NCBI RefSeq assembly: GCF_018350175.1
Contig: NC_058368.1
Span: 159,590,001 to 159,654,000 of the forward strand
From: Felis catus
Lineage: Eukaryota
DNA length: 64,000 nt
Reading direction: 5' to 3'
How positions within the stretch are numbered: the stretch's first letter is position 1; the number at the start of each line of letters is the position of its first letter. The notes under the pieces are model-generated. The model saw nothing but the letters and a program-made list of their open reading frames with translations. It ran no database searches and had not been told where the DNA came from. Made by a program: the position numbers and the translations under genes. Positions 34,775 through 47,198 of this stretch are shown here, one piece after another.

Positions 34775-36449
34775 CCCCAGAATAATAGAGAAATCCTCAC
34801 CTAAAGAACATTTTATTGGTTAAAAGATTATTTTTAGCTGGGGCACTTCAGTGGTTCATGTATGTTTTTGTCCTTTTTAAAAACCTGAACTTACTTAATA
34901 AAGAGTTTGTTCAGGGTGGTTTTGATCACAACAATGACTCAGAGTTTTACCTCTCCTTACCTATTTTGCTAACCAAACATATGTGAGCTTCTCAGGGACG
35001 GCTGAGGAGTATTCTGCAGGGAAGGGTAAAGTAGAATTTTGAAACAAATTGAACAGTCAATCAAGTGTTTGCATGACTTGCCCCAAACTCTCAGAGATCT
35101 CCTGGGTAGAGGGGAAAAGATCTTGTTGCTATGTTTCCTCCCAAAGGTTAATGAGAGTGTGGAATTTTCTTTTAATTGTCCATGTTCAGGGTAGACGATC
35201 CATGAGAGGACTGGAGTAGTTTAGGAATGAAGACAAGCTCCAGCACAACATGGTGCATCTTCCTCTCACAAGCATTAAAGATTGTCCAAAGCAAAAACAG
35301 ACATTTGGGTTTTTTCCACGTGTAAAAGATATCTCCCTTTTCCTCAGGAGCCCTGGTTTTGCATAATAATGTATATAGAAACTTAGGAATTCCATGGGGA
35401 AAGGATACAAACAGTTTACAATAGAGGGAGAATGTGGATAAAAATTCTTGCAAAGAAAAGTTGATTTTAATGCGTCTATAAACAAGGACTCTTGGAAAAC
35501 TTGTAAAACTATTTTAAGAAGTTCTCAGAATTTCCAAAGAGCTCAGAAGTTCTAAAGCAAAGATATGGGAAAGAACATGGGATTTGTAACTATCTGTGAG
35601 GTAGCAAGAAGGAAGTAGAGAATAGTGGGCAGAATGTAAATAAGTGATTTGACAATTAATTATGTATTAATCTGAGACATTTTCATAGGTTTAAATTTGT
35701 TTTTGACTATATTATTGTTCAATATCAGTGTGTGCTTCTGCTTTTTTTTCCTAATAAACTAATAGGCAGAGACGACCGTGTCATAGAAATGGTCTTAACT
35801 TTCCATCACAAGACACCCAGAGGAAGGTTATAGTCAAGTGAATCCTTTGCAAATCTAATTATACTGTTCCAGAGCTAAAATGCTGTAACTGCCATCTTCA
35901 ACAACTTGAGGACATCATTCTTACCGCAGTCTGTTTGAATAAACCCTCTGGAGCTAAACAGCACTCTGGTCCCAGGTTATTTAGAATGCCATAAAACTGT
36001 AGGACATTAGAACTAGAAGCTTAAAATCCATCTTATGTCAGATCCCTTTTGTTGATGAAGAAATTGACACTTCTAAAGTCACATAGTTACCTGAAAGAGC
36101 TGGAATTGAAGAACAGATTTTGTGACTCATGTCCAGTAAAAACAAAGCCTCTCCCTCTCTCCTCCACCATGGCTTTTACTACTTTCCACATTTCTCACTA
36201 TGTTCTGAACACAGTATAGTGGCTAGATTCCCTAGAGAACCAGCAGAGGCTCTATATCCCTTTATGACCTAGTTTCAGAAGCCATAAAGCACCACTTCCA
36301 CCATAATCATCAAGATTCAAGAGAAGAGAAAACAGGGCCAATCTCCTAAAAGAAATGTCATAGTCACATTGAAGAAAGAAGATAAGGGATAGGAGATATT
36401 GTGATCATCTTCAGAAAACACAATCTGCCACAGATTGAACACATACATC

Positions 36450-39000
36450 TAATTTTGTTCCCTCCAAAAATTTCACTCAAACAATAATAAATTGACTCCC
36501 ACCCAAGGCATAAACCCACCAGCACAGGGAGAATGAAAAAAAAAAAAAAAAAGAAGCAACAGCAACAAAATTTTAGAAGCTGGAAAGCAGATGTTCAACT
36601 GGCAAAAGACTTAAGAGAACCCAGAACACTGAATCTTAAATTAGCGAAGGGGAAAAGCTTAAAACTCATCACATTTCTAACCCAGAATTCCCCAAGGGCT
36701 AAGGATATTGTAGCGTCAGATACCATTATAAGTGAGTAGGAGGAAAGAGCTAAAATAAGGAGGATTTTAAATAGGAGTCAAATCTCTAGATTCCCCTTCC
36801 CAGGTTTGGGGAGCCAAATGACAGCACCTTCCAAATGCTCTGCCCAACAGTGGAGGCATGTTTTCTTCTAGGAAGGAAACAGGGAGGACGTTAAATACTT
36901 CTCAGTGTTGAAGACAAAGGTAACATGACAAAAAGAGGGGCGTCAAGTACAAGCACTGATGACTGAGACCTCCAGCTCTCCTTTCCTAGTGGGTTTCCTG
37001 GTAACTAGCAGTTAGGCCCTCACCCACTAGTCAGAGTACTGGAAACACTTTCTCTAGGATTCTGATTCCTTCAGAATAACATGTCTAAAGGGCATGAAAC
37101 AAAACGCTCAGCTACATCACCCTACTGCGATGTTCACCGATGACAAGATCCACTCATGTCTCAGGACTTCCAATAAACTCTTTTGGTCTCCTGGAATTAC
37201 CATATATTTGAGGAAAGCCTACAACATGAAAAGTAAGAAAAAATAGAAGAAGCAACTTGAAAGAAACAGACTGTGCAAAGAGGTGAGAGCTTTAAAGACA
37301 AATGTATTATTAATGTCCAGAGAGATGTAAAAGGAGATATTGCAACTGTGGGAAAAAAACAACAGGATGTTATAATAAAAGAAACATCCTGAGAACTAAA
37401 AGAGCTCTAGCATATTCAAAGTATGATAGAACATAGGTTAAACAATCTCTATGACCAAAAAAAAGTAGAACAAAGTGCTAAGTAGATGGTAAGAATTTCC
37501 AGATCATTTGACTTGGAAGGAGGTGATGCATTTGAAGTGGTAAATTGAAAAACATAGGTCTAATAATGTTATATCAAATTAAAACCTAACAAGTAATAGA
37601 AATAAAAAGAAATTATCAAAGGCAAGAATACAAAGAAAACATTGACTTCATATGGCAGAACAGAAACAAGAATAGCAAGAAATAAATTTATTTCAAGAAA
37701 ACAAAAATAACAACAACAAAAAAAGAAAATCAGTCCAGAAGGTATATTCCCAAAAGAAAAAGGAGGGGGAAAGGAGGAAGAGAAGGAGGAGAAGAAAGAA
37801 GAAAGAGAAAAAAAAAAGAAGCGGGAGATGAAGGAGGAAGAAGGGGAGGAGGAGGAGAAGAAGAAAGAAAAAAGAAGAAGGAGAAGGGGAGGAAGAAGGA
37901 GAAGAATGGGAAGAAGCAGAAGGGAAAGGAGAAGGGGAAGGAGAAGGAGAAAAAAGAGGAGAAGAAAAACAAGGGAGGAGGAAGAGTCGGAGGGGAGAGG
38001 AGGAGAAGGAGAAGGAAAAGAAGAAGAAGTAGAAAGAGAAAGAAAATGTGTTCCAGAATTGGGAAACTGGAAAAAAAGAAGAAAAGTAAAATAAATTTTC
38101 AAAAAATTCGAAAACCCAAAGAACATTAAGTCTCCAGGTTGAAACGCCCATTGCATGCCTAATGTAACAGATGCAAACAGACCTGTGTCATACCGTATCT
38201 TTGTCATACTTCAGAATACTGAGGACAAAAAGAAAATACAAGAAGCTTCTAGAGGGGTGAGAGTGAGAGAGAGAGAAAAGACTTCACCTAAAAAAAAGGA
38301 TTAAGAATTAAAGTGGCTCCAAATTTTTGTCAGCAGCAACTTTGGAAACTGGGAACATTGAAAGCCAAAGAGAAGTACCTTCCGATTTCTGATGGAAAGT
38401 TGGTAGAGAATTCTATATCAAGATCAACTATCAGTGAAATAGAATGAAAGTAATGACACTTTCACACAACACAAAGCCTCATAAGTTTCCCCACCACACA
38501 CATCCTTTCTTGGAGCTCCTAGGTGGCTATGCTTTACAAAAGGAGAGGAGAGAACTGAAGGGAAGGGAGGGGAGGGGAGCAGGAAAGAAAGAAAGGCATA
38601 AAAAATAGGAAAGAGCACAGGGAAGAAAAATTTAAACTTGTGCCTGAAAGGAAAAGTAATACAGTTTACTAAATGGAGCAGCTGTGATAAGTGTTTACAT
38701 AATCAAAATAACATAAATAATGATTATTGATCTATATAACTTTTCTAGAGGTATAGGGAGCAGTGATGTGAACAAAAACATTTTAGTAGTGGGAAGTCAA
38801 TAGATTCTAACCTGACACTGAAAAATCAAGATGTAGCATTATAAGTACATTACTAGCAACAGGGAGAGAAGTCCCAAAACATCAGCTAAAAGTGGTTTCC
38901 TCAGGGAGCGTGGTAAGGAGTGCTGTTTTTCTTGCAACCCTTATACAACTTTTTGACTTTTTAGTATATGTACGTGTATAACTTTGAAAAAAATAAAAAA
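36450..39000 (+). mobile_element. HAL1-like (ORF1-only L1 derivative), decayed
   Basis: ORF1p remnant at about 38130-38350 (SLQVE / AHCMP…RPVSYRIFVILQNTEDKKKIQEASR / KGLRIKVAPNF / SAATLET) followed directly by a 3' end (TGCTGTTTTTCTTG…TTTGACTTTTTAG…AAAAATAAAAAA) with no ORF2; 5' boundary approximate. Confidence 0.7.
37752..38046. repeat. GA-rich polypurine low-complexity tract
   Basis: About 300 bp of almost pure A/G (GAA/GGA/GAG units). Confidence 0.95.
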
Positions 39001-39299
39001 GAATATGGGGCTAAAATGAGAGAAAGCAACATTCAGCCAGGAAGGAGCACACCAGCTTATTCAGAAATTTAAGAGTTAAAGCATATTTTCAAAGTGGTTT
39101 AGCTATGCCAGCAAGGAACTATAAACTATCAGAACTTTGCTTCCTGAGTTCTCTATTATCTGGATCTGTGTTACTCTGGCAAGAATCTTCTCTTTAAAAA
39201 TCAAAGGCACTATTTATATTTTCAACTGTTTTCAAGTTAGTTTCATTATTGCTTCTTATTAATTCTTTCTCATATTATATCAAAGAGACATTTATTGGC

Positions 39300-40580
39300 A
39301 AGCTGCATCCAAGGAAACCATGAACTTAAAAGTAATCATGTACAATTGATTATACAAGCACATGTCTTCTAACAAGGATGGATCTTCCTATCTAATCATG
39401 CAGTTATTCACAAAGTTTCCAAATTATCCTATAGGGATGATAATAATGCACTTGAAAATAACACTTCTTGGCCATTTCTTTGAGGCCAAATGTTTCCTTC
39501 AGTCTCCCCATCACTATAAGACTAATTTCAAATGCACTTTTCTGAAAGGCCATAAAAATTCTGTTTGGAATAATTTTGTTTGTAAAAATGTTAAGGATAT
39601 TCAGTGTCCATCAAATTTTAGAAATAATTGTTTTCCCAAATAACAATAATCTAAATGTTAAATTCTGGAGTTGTATATTTTGCATTTCTGTTTCACCCAA
39701 AATAAAATTTCTCCTACTAAACCATCTGTAGGCAGTTTCCATATTAGCATTCTGGTTAGGTTCACCTCCGTATATTCCATTTCTCTCAAAAACCCTGTCA
39801 GTAACTGTTCATTTCATGCCTATGAGCATAGCCTTCCGACTGCCTACAGCCTGACTGATCTGTTCATTTTGACCATCTTATCAAAGGTGCAGAAATGATA
39901 ATGAATGCAACTCAAATGAAAAAAACTGTTTTTCCCCATCTGATTTGCCTACAGAGATTAAACACCCTCTGTGTCAAACGAATGTCATCCTCATTTTCCA
40001 AAAGCAATTTTAATACATTCACCATCGTGAATATTATGGGTTTCTGAATAGCACAGAATCTGGAAACCTGCTTTAGGTTGATATATCATAAAAATGGGCA
40101 TCAATTCATTCCCTCCTAAATCTAATCCTCTATTGTTGCTGAGATTTTCAACTTTCTTTGCTTTTCGCATGGCAGATTTAAGTGAAAGATAATGCAAAGC
40201 CACATAAAATATTTCACCACATTAAACTTAACTCCCTAAGCATACCAGGAACTCTTGAATTTCCTAGAACTAAAAACCATTACCTTACACTTCTTGTGAT
40301 TTATTTTGAGATTATATTTTGTGCAGTCCTCAAAGAAAGCATTGAGTTGCTTCTGAAGGCCAGTTGGGGTTTGAGAGATTAATGAATACTGAATCCTCAG
40401 TCTTAAAAAAAGAACAGCCACACAGATGTTAAAAACATTTTGGGCATGAAAACTATGCCAAAAGTCTCAGTGATATCATATAAATAGATGCTAAATAGTG
40501 AAAGGCTATCGTCCCAGCATCCTCTCTTCTGAAGGATTTGATTATAATCCAGCATGCATCCTTCAACCTGTAAATTATTA
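39300..40580 (-). mobile_element. Ancient non-L1 LINE RT fragment, RTE-X/L4-like
   Basis: Antisense frames give LQKRGCWDDSLSLFSIYLYDI, TEDSVFI, LISQTPTGLQKQLNAFFEDCTKYNLKINHKKCKVMVFS and IYQPKAGFQILCYSET in RT/post-RT motif order; boundaries approximate. Confidence 0.75.
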
Positions 40581-42047
40581 ACTATAGCTAAAAGGAGATT
40601 TAGGAAATTTCATAGTGACTCATAGTCCTCCTTATATTTGATATTTGCATAAATAAACCCTTAGAGACTTAAATGTCATCTTGTTCATGTGAAACAGGAG
40701 GTTGAATTTTGATCTAAATCACCCTATTCTAAGTCTGTACTGGGCCAAAATCTGGTTAGTGTGAGGCAAGTGAGAGAAAACAGTAACTGCATGAGTAAAC
40801 AGGCTTAGAAGGAGACTTTGGCAAGTTAGATCTAAAAATGGATGAGAAAAAAATAGGAACAGGAAATGAGAGGAAAATAGAAAGAACATTGCAAGTTATG
40901 GTATAACTCAGAAGGTCTAGAAATACTCATTGCCTATCTCTGTCCACTTCTTTCCCAGTGACATGTCTCTGTTTAAAGATCGCTGATGTTGCGCTGACTC
41001 TAGTATATAGATTACACACTAAAGTAAAAAAAAAAAAAAAAGTATGTTTGAAAAATAACCCAAGTCGTTAATTGGTCACGTACATCAATATGTGTGTGTG
41101 TATAAGTGTGAGAACACGTGCCCATGTGTATATGCACATGCATGTGTACCTAGATCTACTGTCCAGAGCAAAATGTGAAGTGGCTTCTGTACTAGGCCAC
41201 TTGCAGCCCCAAATACAAATAATTAGCCTCACAGTGAGATTCTTAGTTTTGAACAGATGCGAGAGAGAACTTAGCATGCCCAGAAGATTCAAATATCTAT
41301 ACTCACCAGCTGCCTATCACAAGTCCATAAACCAAAAGAAAAGACAAGCTTTACAGTTTACCCATGTGAATGGCAGTTATCCAGCTTTATATTACGGGCA
41401 TGCAAAAGATGTTAAACACCATATTTTGTTTTATTTTTATTTTCTTTTTCATGACTTTTTGAAGCTTTCTGTTTTTCATTTCTAGCCAGATCTAGTTTAG
41501 GTTTATTCTGGCAGTGAAATATTTAGAGATAATTATAATTTAAATGTTTTCATTTTTTGTTGAAGCCTAATTATTTCATAAATGTCTCATTTTTATTGTA
41601 TTATCAGGAATTAATCCTAATCATTTTTCAGAACAAGACATATATGTGAAAGATCTATAGTTTTTCAGATTTCTGAAACTTCCCTCAAGTTAAATTTTGT
41701 AAAAAGTTTTCTCACTATTCAGTTTTTTTTTTTAAATCAGAGGTGGCTTTAACATGGCAATTTCATAAATATTTTTGAAAGTGTATTGGCAGATTTGTGT
41801 TAAGGTTTAGAGATAACAGAGTGTTACATTTAAAATATATGGAGATTGGTATTATATATGTGCACACAGATAAGAATTCTGAATTTCAGTTGGTTAATCA
41901 GTGCTGTAATTATTTATCCCCCAAAATTTAACTCTAAATGAAATAACTTCCAATGCACTAGAAAACTTTATTGTCCAGAACATTCTGTTCCCTACCCATG
42001 CTAGTCCTTCACTCATTTAAATAATAACAATAATAATAGTAATAACC

Positions 42048-42621
42048 TGTGGTAGACACAATTTAGGTTCCTATAACCTACACCTCCTCACGTATGACTG
42101 TAAATACATTGTGTTTCATGGCAAAAGAGACTTTACAGATGTAATTAAAGTTACTAATCATCTGACCTTAAAATAGGGAGATTATCCAGGAGTATCTGGG
42201 TACACACAGTGTACTCACACGGTCCCTAAAAGGCAGAAGAGGAAGGCAAAATAGAGAGATGTGTTAGAAGAAGATTCCAAAGCACAAGAGATTCAAAGCA
42301 CAAGACAGAGTCAATGTACCATTGCTGGCTTACTGTGGAGAGGCCCAAATGTCAAAGAAACAGGGACCTCAGTCCCGCAATAATAAACAATTGATTTTGC
42401 CACTCAGCTGAATAAACCTGGAATTAGATTCTCCTTCATAGCCTCCGCTAAGAGCCTAGGCCAGCCAACACCTTTTTTTCAGCTTTGTAAGTCCCCCAGC
42501 AGAGAACCCAGTAGAATTTATCCAGACTCTGAGCTATAGAACTGAGAGATAATAAATGAGTGTTCTTTGAGATCATGAAATATGTAGTAATTTGTTACAG
42601 CCACAATAGGAAAATAATACT
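42048..42621 (+). mobile_element. MaLR solo LTR (MLT1D/E-like) inserted in a MIR
   Basis: TGTGGTAG…CATGGCAAAAGAGACTTTACAGATGTAATTAA…AATAAAT…TAATTTGTTACAGCCACAATAGGAAAATAATAC; 5-bp TSD TAACC/CAACC. Confidence 0.88.
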
Positions 42622-42626
42622 CAACC

Positions 42627-42850
42627 ATAGAGCACTTACCATGTGTCAGGCACTAAGCACTTTATGTATATAAACTCATTAAGTCTTCACAAAAAAAGCC
42701 TTATAGGATGAACACCAATGTTTAGGCAAAAAGAGTAAGACACAGAAATTGTAAGTAAACAGGGACACAAGCAGTTAAGTGTCAAGGCTAGATGTGAGCC
42801 CCAACAGCCTGACTCCAAAGGCTGTAATATTAAAACTATCATTGTGCCTC
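42627..42850 (-). mobile_element. MIR SINE
   Basis: GAGCACTTACCATGTGTCAGGCACT…AACTCATTAAGTCTTCACAA…CCTGACTCCAAAG. Confidence 0.75.
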
Positions 42851-45329
42851 ATGGAAGTGAGGTTCAGTTCAACCAGATGTGCAAGATTAGCTTAAAAAAT
42901 AGAGGAAGGAGAATAAGAATGGATTGCATGGGGAGAAGAGAGGAAAGAGAATCAAAGGCAAAAGAGGTGGCTATCAGAAAACTGGAGGGAAAAATCAGAA
43001 TTCGAACTGCTTTTGTCTAGCTTCCTGTCACCAAAACTGAATGATTCAGCAATGACTTACTCATAAAACTTTGGATGACTCCCCATGAGTTTGACTATTT
43101 TTATTACGGTTTTAGAGTCAACACATATATTTCCCTGAAATAAATGCATCACAGAACTTGATTCCATGGTAATGTCATATCCATTCATTTGTCTAGATCC
43201 TCCAGTGAATTCAAAGCTCCTTGAGGAAAGTGACTAAATTCTACATTCACATCCTCTACACTCCCTATACTTTCAAAACAGATAATGAATTTGTAGGATA
43301 AATGGGGAAAAATAGAACAAATGTTTTAAAACTGTAAAGCATTAGTTTTTTAAAGTAAGGCTTATTATACTGTCCTTCAAATGACATTATTTCAAATTAT
43401 TTTAATTCAAAAAGCTGGGAAGCCAGTTACCAAAGACTTTTGGCACATGCAGCAAATCCAGTTAGAAAGAGCTCTCAATGCTTATTTTTTTATGCCATGC
43501 TAATGTAGTCCTGAGCTCCATAAATAAAAAATTGAGTCCACTAATATCTTGGCATCATCAAGGCAAATGTTAGGATGGCCCTGAGTCATCCCATGAGTTT
43601 TGTAGGTGGTTCTTCACATTTGTATGAGACCTACATGTCCATCACACCTTTCCCTACAACAGGCAGCTACAAAAGTTAGCCAAAAAAAAAAAAAGTTTTA
43701 TTTGAGTCATGGACTTGGATTCTAGCAGCTATATTCCACTGACATGTAGTAGATAAAAATGGACATTATCTGTGGTGCTTACTTTCTATATTTAAGACGT
43801 TGATTTATTGATTTATGGTTGCCATTTCTTGCTGGTTGACCACTGTCCCCTTCTGGACTTGTTCCTGCTTAAACATCTTTTCTTGACACAATTCCTCCAT
43901 CTTCTCCAAAATCCTTCCCTTACCCTGGGGCTGATATAACATTCTACAAGTCCATCTCCTGTTAAATGAATCTTTCCAATTTATAAATTGACCTGATTTT
44001 CCTACTTACCGAAATACCTTATTGTTGTTATTGGAACCTCAGTCACACTATTTTGGTTTGTTGGCCTATAATATATTCTTACCCATTTTTATTTATAAAA
44101 GTGATATTTCTATACAAAGAGATTCCAATCCTATTTCATTGTTTTTATATAAAATTTTCATCTCTTTTTATCTCTTGCATAGAACATTACAAACTCTGCC
44201 TACACCTGCTCAGAGATGTTCCTAAGCTCAAGGTAAATGTGGTGATATTTTCTACAAATACACCAAGGATCTCTCCTTGCCCGAAAAGTCTTGCATTCAT
44301 TAGGTTAATGCCAGTAACTATGACAAACCCTGAAATTTCAGTTATGTAATACAATAGAAATGAATCTCTCCCTAGGTCTACCCAGTTTCTCCTGATGAGC
44401 AGCTTTTCTTTGTGTGGAAGTCAGAGACCTGTGTACCATCCATGTTGGGATGTTATCTCTGGGGGCTTTATCATGATTTGCATCCAGCCAGCAGAAAGGA
44501 GGGTGGCACATGTCATTTCCGCTCCATTCCATTATCAAGAATTAGCCACAAAGGTAGCTGGGAAATATAGTCTCTGACGAAGCAGCTACTTCCAGTGGTA
44601 ATTCTACCCTGGAGGAAAAGCAGGGATTGGTGGGCATCCGAATTATTGAATGAATCAGAAAATCAGAAACTAAATGTGGCCGAAGGATGAAAAAGCACGC
44701 ACCAGAACAAGTTTCCTCCCTAAGTAGAAAAGAAGAGTTAGAGAAGAGGAATTTTCAAAAATATGTAAACACAGTCCAGAGAGAGAATGGGAAAGGCATA
44801 GTGGCCTAGATACAAATAGAAATTATAAAGCCAAGCAAAACTAATCAAGCTGGTCAAACTTCTTAGCATTAAAGAGAGACCTACACAGGTTAGTGCTATA
44901 GATCATACTGCTAGCACCCACACAATCTGGAATAAGTTGAGAAACTACCTCATGAGGTGGGTAGTAATGCTACTCATAAAAGATTATATAGAAAGAATGC
45001 AGTTGTTTAATAGAAGCCTGGACTTAAGGGACCAACTCTCTCCATGTTCATCTAGAATATTAGCAGAGTCACCAAAGGCAGTTGATCAACCACATGGATA
45101 ACCTGGCATTGTTGCCTTTTTATCTGTGGTACAGTTAAGTGTGCCTGGGGTAGCAAGACAGCTTTCACCTGCAAAATTTGCTGCTTAAGCCATGACCCTG
45201 TATACAGGAAATTCCACCCTTGAGAGTTGGCATGTACTTTGTAGGCTCTTCAGTCTTGTGGGTACTCAATTAGTCTCAGTACAGGGATGCAAGGCTGACA
45301 CAGAGAATGGGTCCCCTGTTGCCGTGTAA

Positions 45330-45830
45330 AAGGAGTGTCCTCAGAAGATTCTGCTCACGGATCTCAAAAGCAACTGAAGTGAATCAATAGATAAATCCCC
45401 AGAGATACTTAGGCATGAAATTGAAGAAATATTTGTCAAAACTTGCAAATATCCATTATTGGTGGGAAGTCCCCATTACAGAAATTCTAGCAGTAGGGGC
45501 ACTGTGAAAAGATGATTTAAGTTAGAACAGTAGGTAGAAAAGTGGTTAGATAAATCTCAATATGAGAAAAAGTAAGGTAATGTATTTAGCCATAAATAAT
45601 GCGAGCTTTAAGTACAAAACAAAGACTTCTGACCTAATAGTTATGACCAAGAAAAAAGACTTAGGATGTGTGGAAATTGTTTGCATTAGGTTGCCATGGT
45701 TTTTAAAAATAAACCAAACATTGATAAGGGCAATTAAGCAATTTTAGTCAAGAAATCATTATTTTCCTCATTTAAAACTATGGTGTGTCCACACCTGAAA
45801 TTCAACTGTGGCAGTCATTGAAGTGTGCTG
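45330..45830 (+). mobile_element. CR1/L3 LINE RT fragment
   Basis: KSKVMYLAINNASFKYKTKTSDLIVMTKKKDLG matches the CR1 pattern KCKVMHLG..N…Y…L…EKDLG; downstream FKTMVCPHL resembles YKxLVRPHLE; decayed GVPQ and FADD-like DNA upstream. Confidence 0.75.
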
Positions 45831-45839
45831 GCAGATCTC

Positions 45840-47198
45840 CTTTCAAACGAGAATCTCCTGGGAGGAGTATACTCTATGGACAGCCTGTGGTGTTGCACCA
45901 TATAATCCATATAATAGCCATGCTATTCCTAGATTGTTCATGGCCAGTGACAGATCGCAGAGGTTGTTCTAGATCTATGCCACTCCTGCCCCAAGTGGGG
46001 CTCCTCTAACAGGCTATCTTTTCTCTGGGGCTACCTATCAACCCTCCCAATGCCTTCTCAGAAGTGTATCACATTGTAAGGCTTTGTCCATCCCACCCTA
46101 CTGTTTCCTTATATCCATTTACAGATGTCAAATGTGCATCACACTCCTGCATAATCCTGGTCATGGTTCTCTAGCCTCATCTGGTCCCTCTCCCCTTTAT
46201 TTTCTGTGGACCATTCTCCAAATAAAACTCTCACACATCTATTTCCATATTGGCATCTGCTTCCCAGGCTGACACAGTTGGTACCAGAAGTGATCCAAAA
46301 AAACATGGTAAGATGAGGTCTGGGGATTATATCCATTACTGCCCACCTAGAAGGAGGTACACATAGTCTCTGGTACAAACAGAGAGCCCAACTGCTGAAA
46401 ATTTCACCACTCGTCCTCCGAAAAATGGCCCAGCAGAAGGGAAAAGTTTTGCTGGTGCAATGATTCAAGCATTTGAAATGTATAGTGAGAAAAATGCAAA
46501 TAAAGACAGTGAAATTGGCTGGTTATACTAAATTGTATTGATACCCTGCAGAAGGACAATTTGAAAATCAAGTCAGTTAACAAATAATTAAATGCTAACT
46601 ATGAGAACCAGAGGGCACTTTTTTTTTTGAAGAGGTCTTCATCATGTATGTGTGTGTGTGTGTGTGTGTGTGCGCGCGCACGCGCGTGCGCGTGCGTGCG
46701 CACGTGTGTGTGCACGTGTACGTGGTGGAAAGGCAGACACAGCTGCCCAGGGGCCACAGGCCCTAGGATTTAGGATTGCCAAGCCCCAGAATCATTTAAA
46801 AGATGAGCTCTGGAAAGTCTGTTATGCTAAGGTCAGGGCCAGGTTGAAAAGATTTAGGCCACTGAGATAAGGGATGGGAAGAACTGGGTAGATGGCCCTA
46901 AATATCAAGGCTCTGCGACTATGTAGTTGCAGATGCAACCACCTGGCCATTAAGAAATGGCCCTCCTCCCCTGCAGGAGATGCTGAGGGGCCTCTCCCCA
47001 GCTTGGTAACAAGTGCATCTCAGAAGCTGCTCTCACTGCATCTTCTTTCACAGATGTCAGACCTCCATCAGGTCTTAGGGACTCTTTGACTCATTCTGCT
47101 CCTCTCCCCTCTTGTCCTTCACTGGCATTTCCCCTAATCATTCTCTTAAAAATATAATTTTATCTGAGCCTCTGCTTTCCAGGGGACCTCAGCTACAC
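45840..47198 (+). mobile_element. ERVL remnant: LTR16-like LTR, PBS, start of internal region (ERV3-16A3-like) and second LTR fragment
   Basis: LTR end AATAAA…CATCTGCTTCCCAGGCTGACA at about 46274, then TGGTACCAGAAGTG at 46279 (ERVL-type PBS); similar LTR end CTCTGCTTTCCAGGGGACCTCAGCTACAC at about 47170-47198. Confidence 0.7.
46644..46723. repeat. Alternating purine-pyrimidine (TG)n/(CG)n/(CA) tract
   Basis: Seen directly. Confidence 0.95.

Noticed and set aside
37569..38207. 212-aa, 152-aa and 88-aa Leu/Ser/Phe or Glu/Arg-rich ORFs
   Set aside because: Produced by the stop-free polypurine tract
41072..41485. 137-aa plus-strand ORF
   Set aside because: Starts in TG/CA low-complexity sequence; no domain signal
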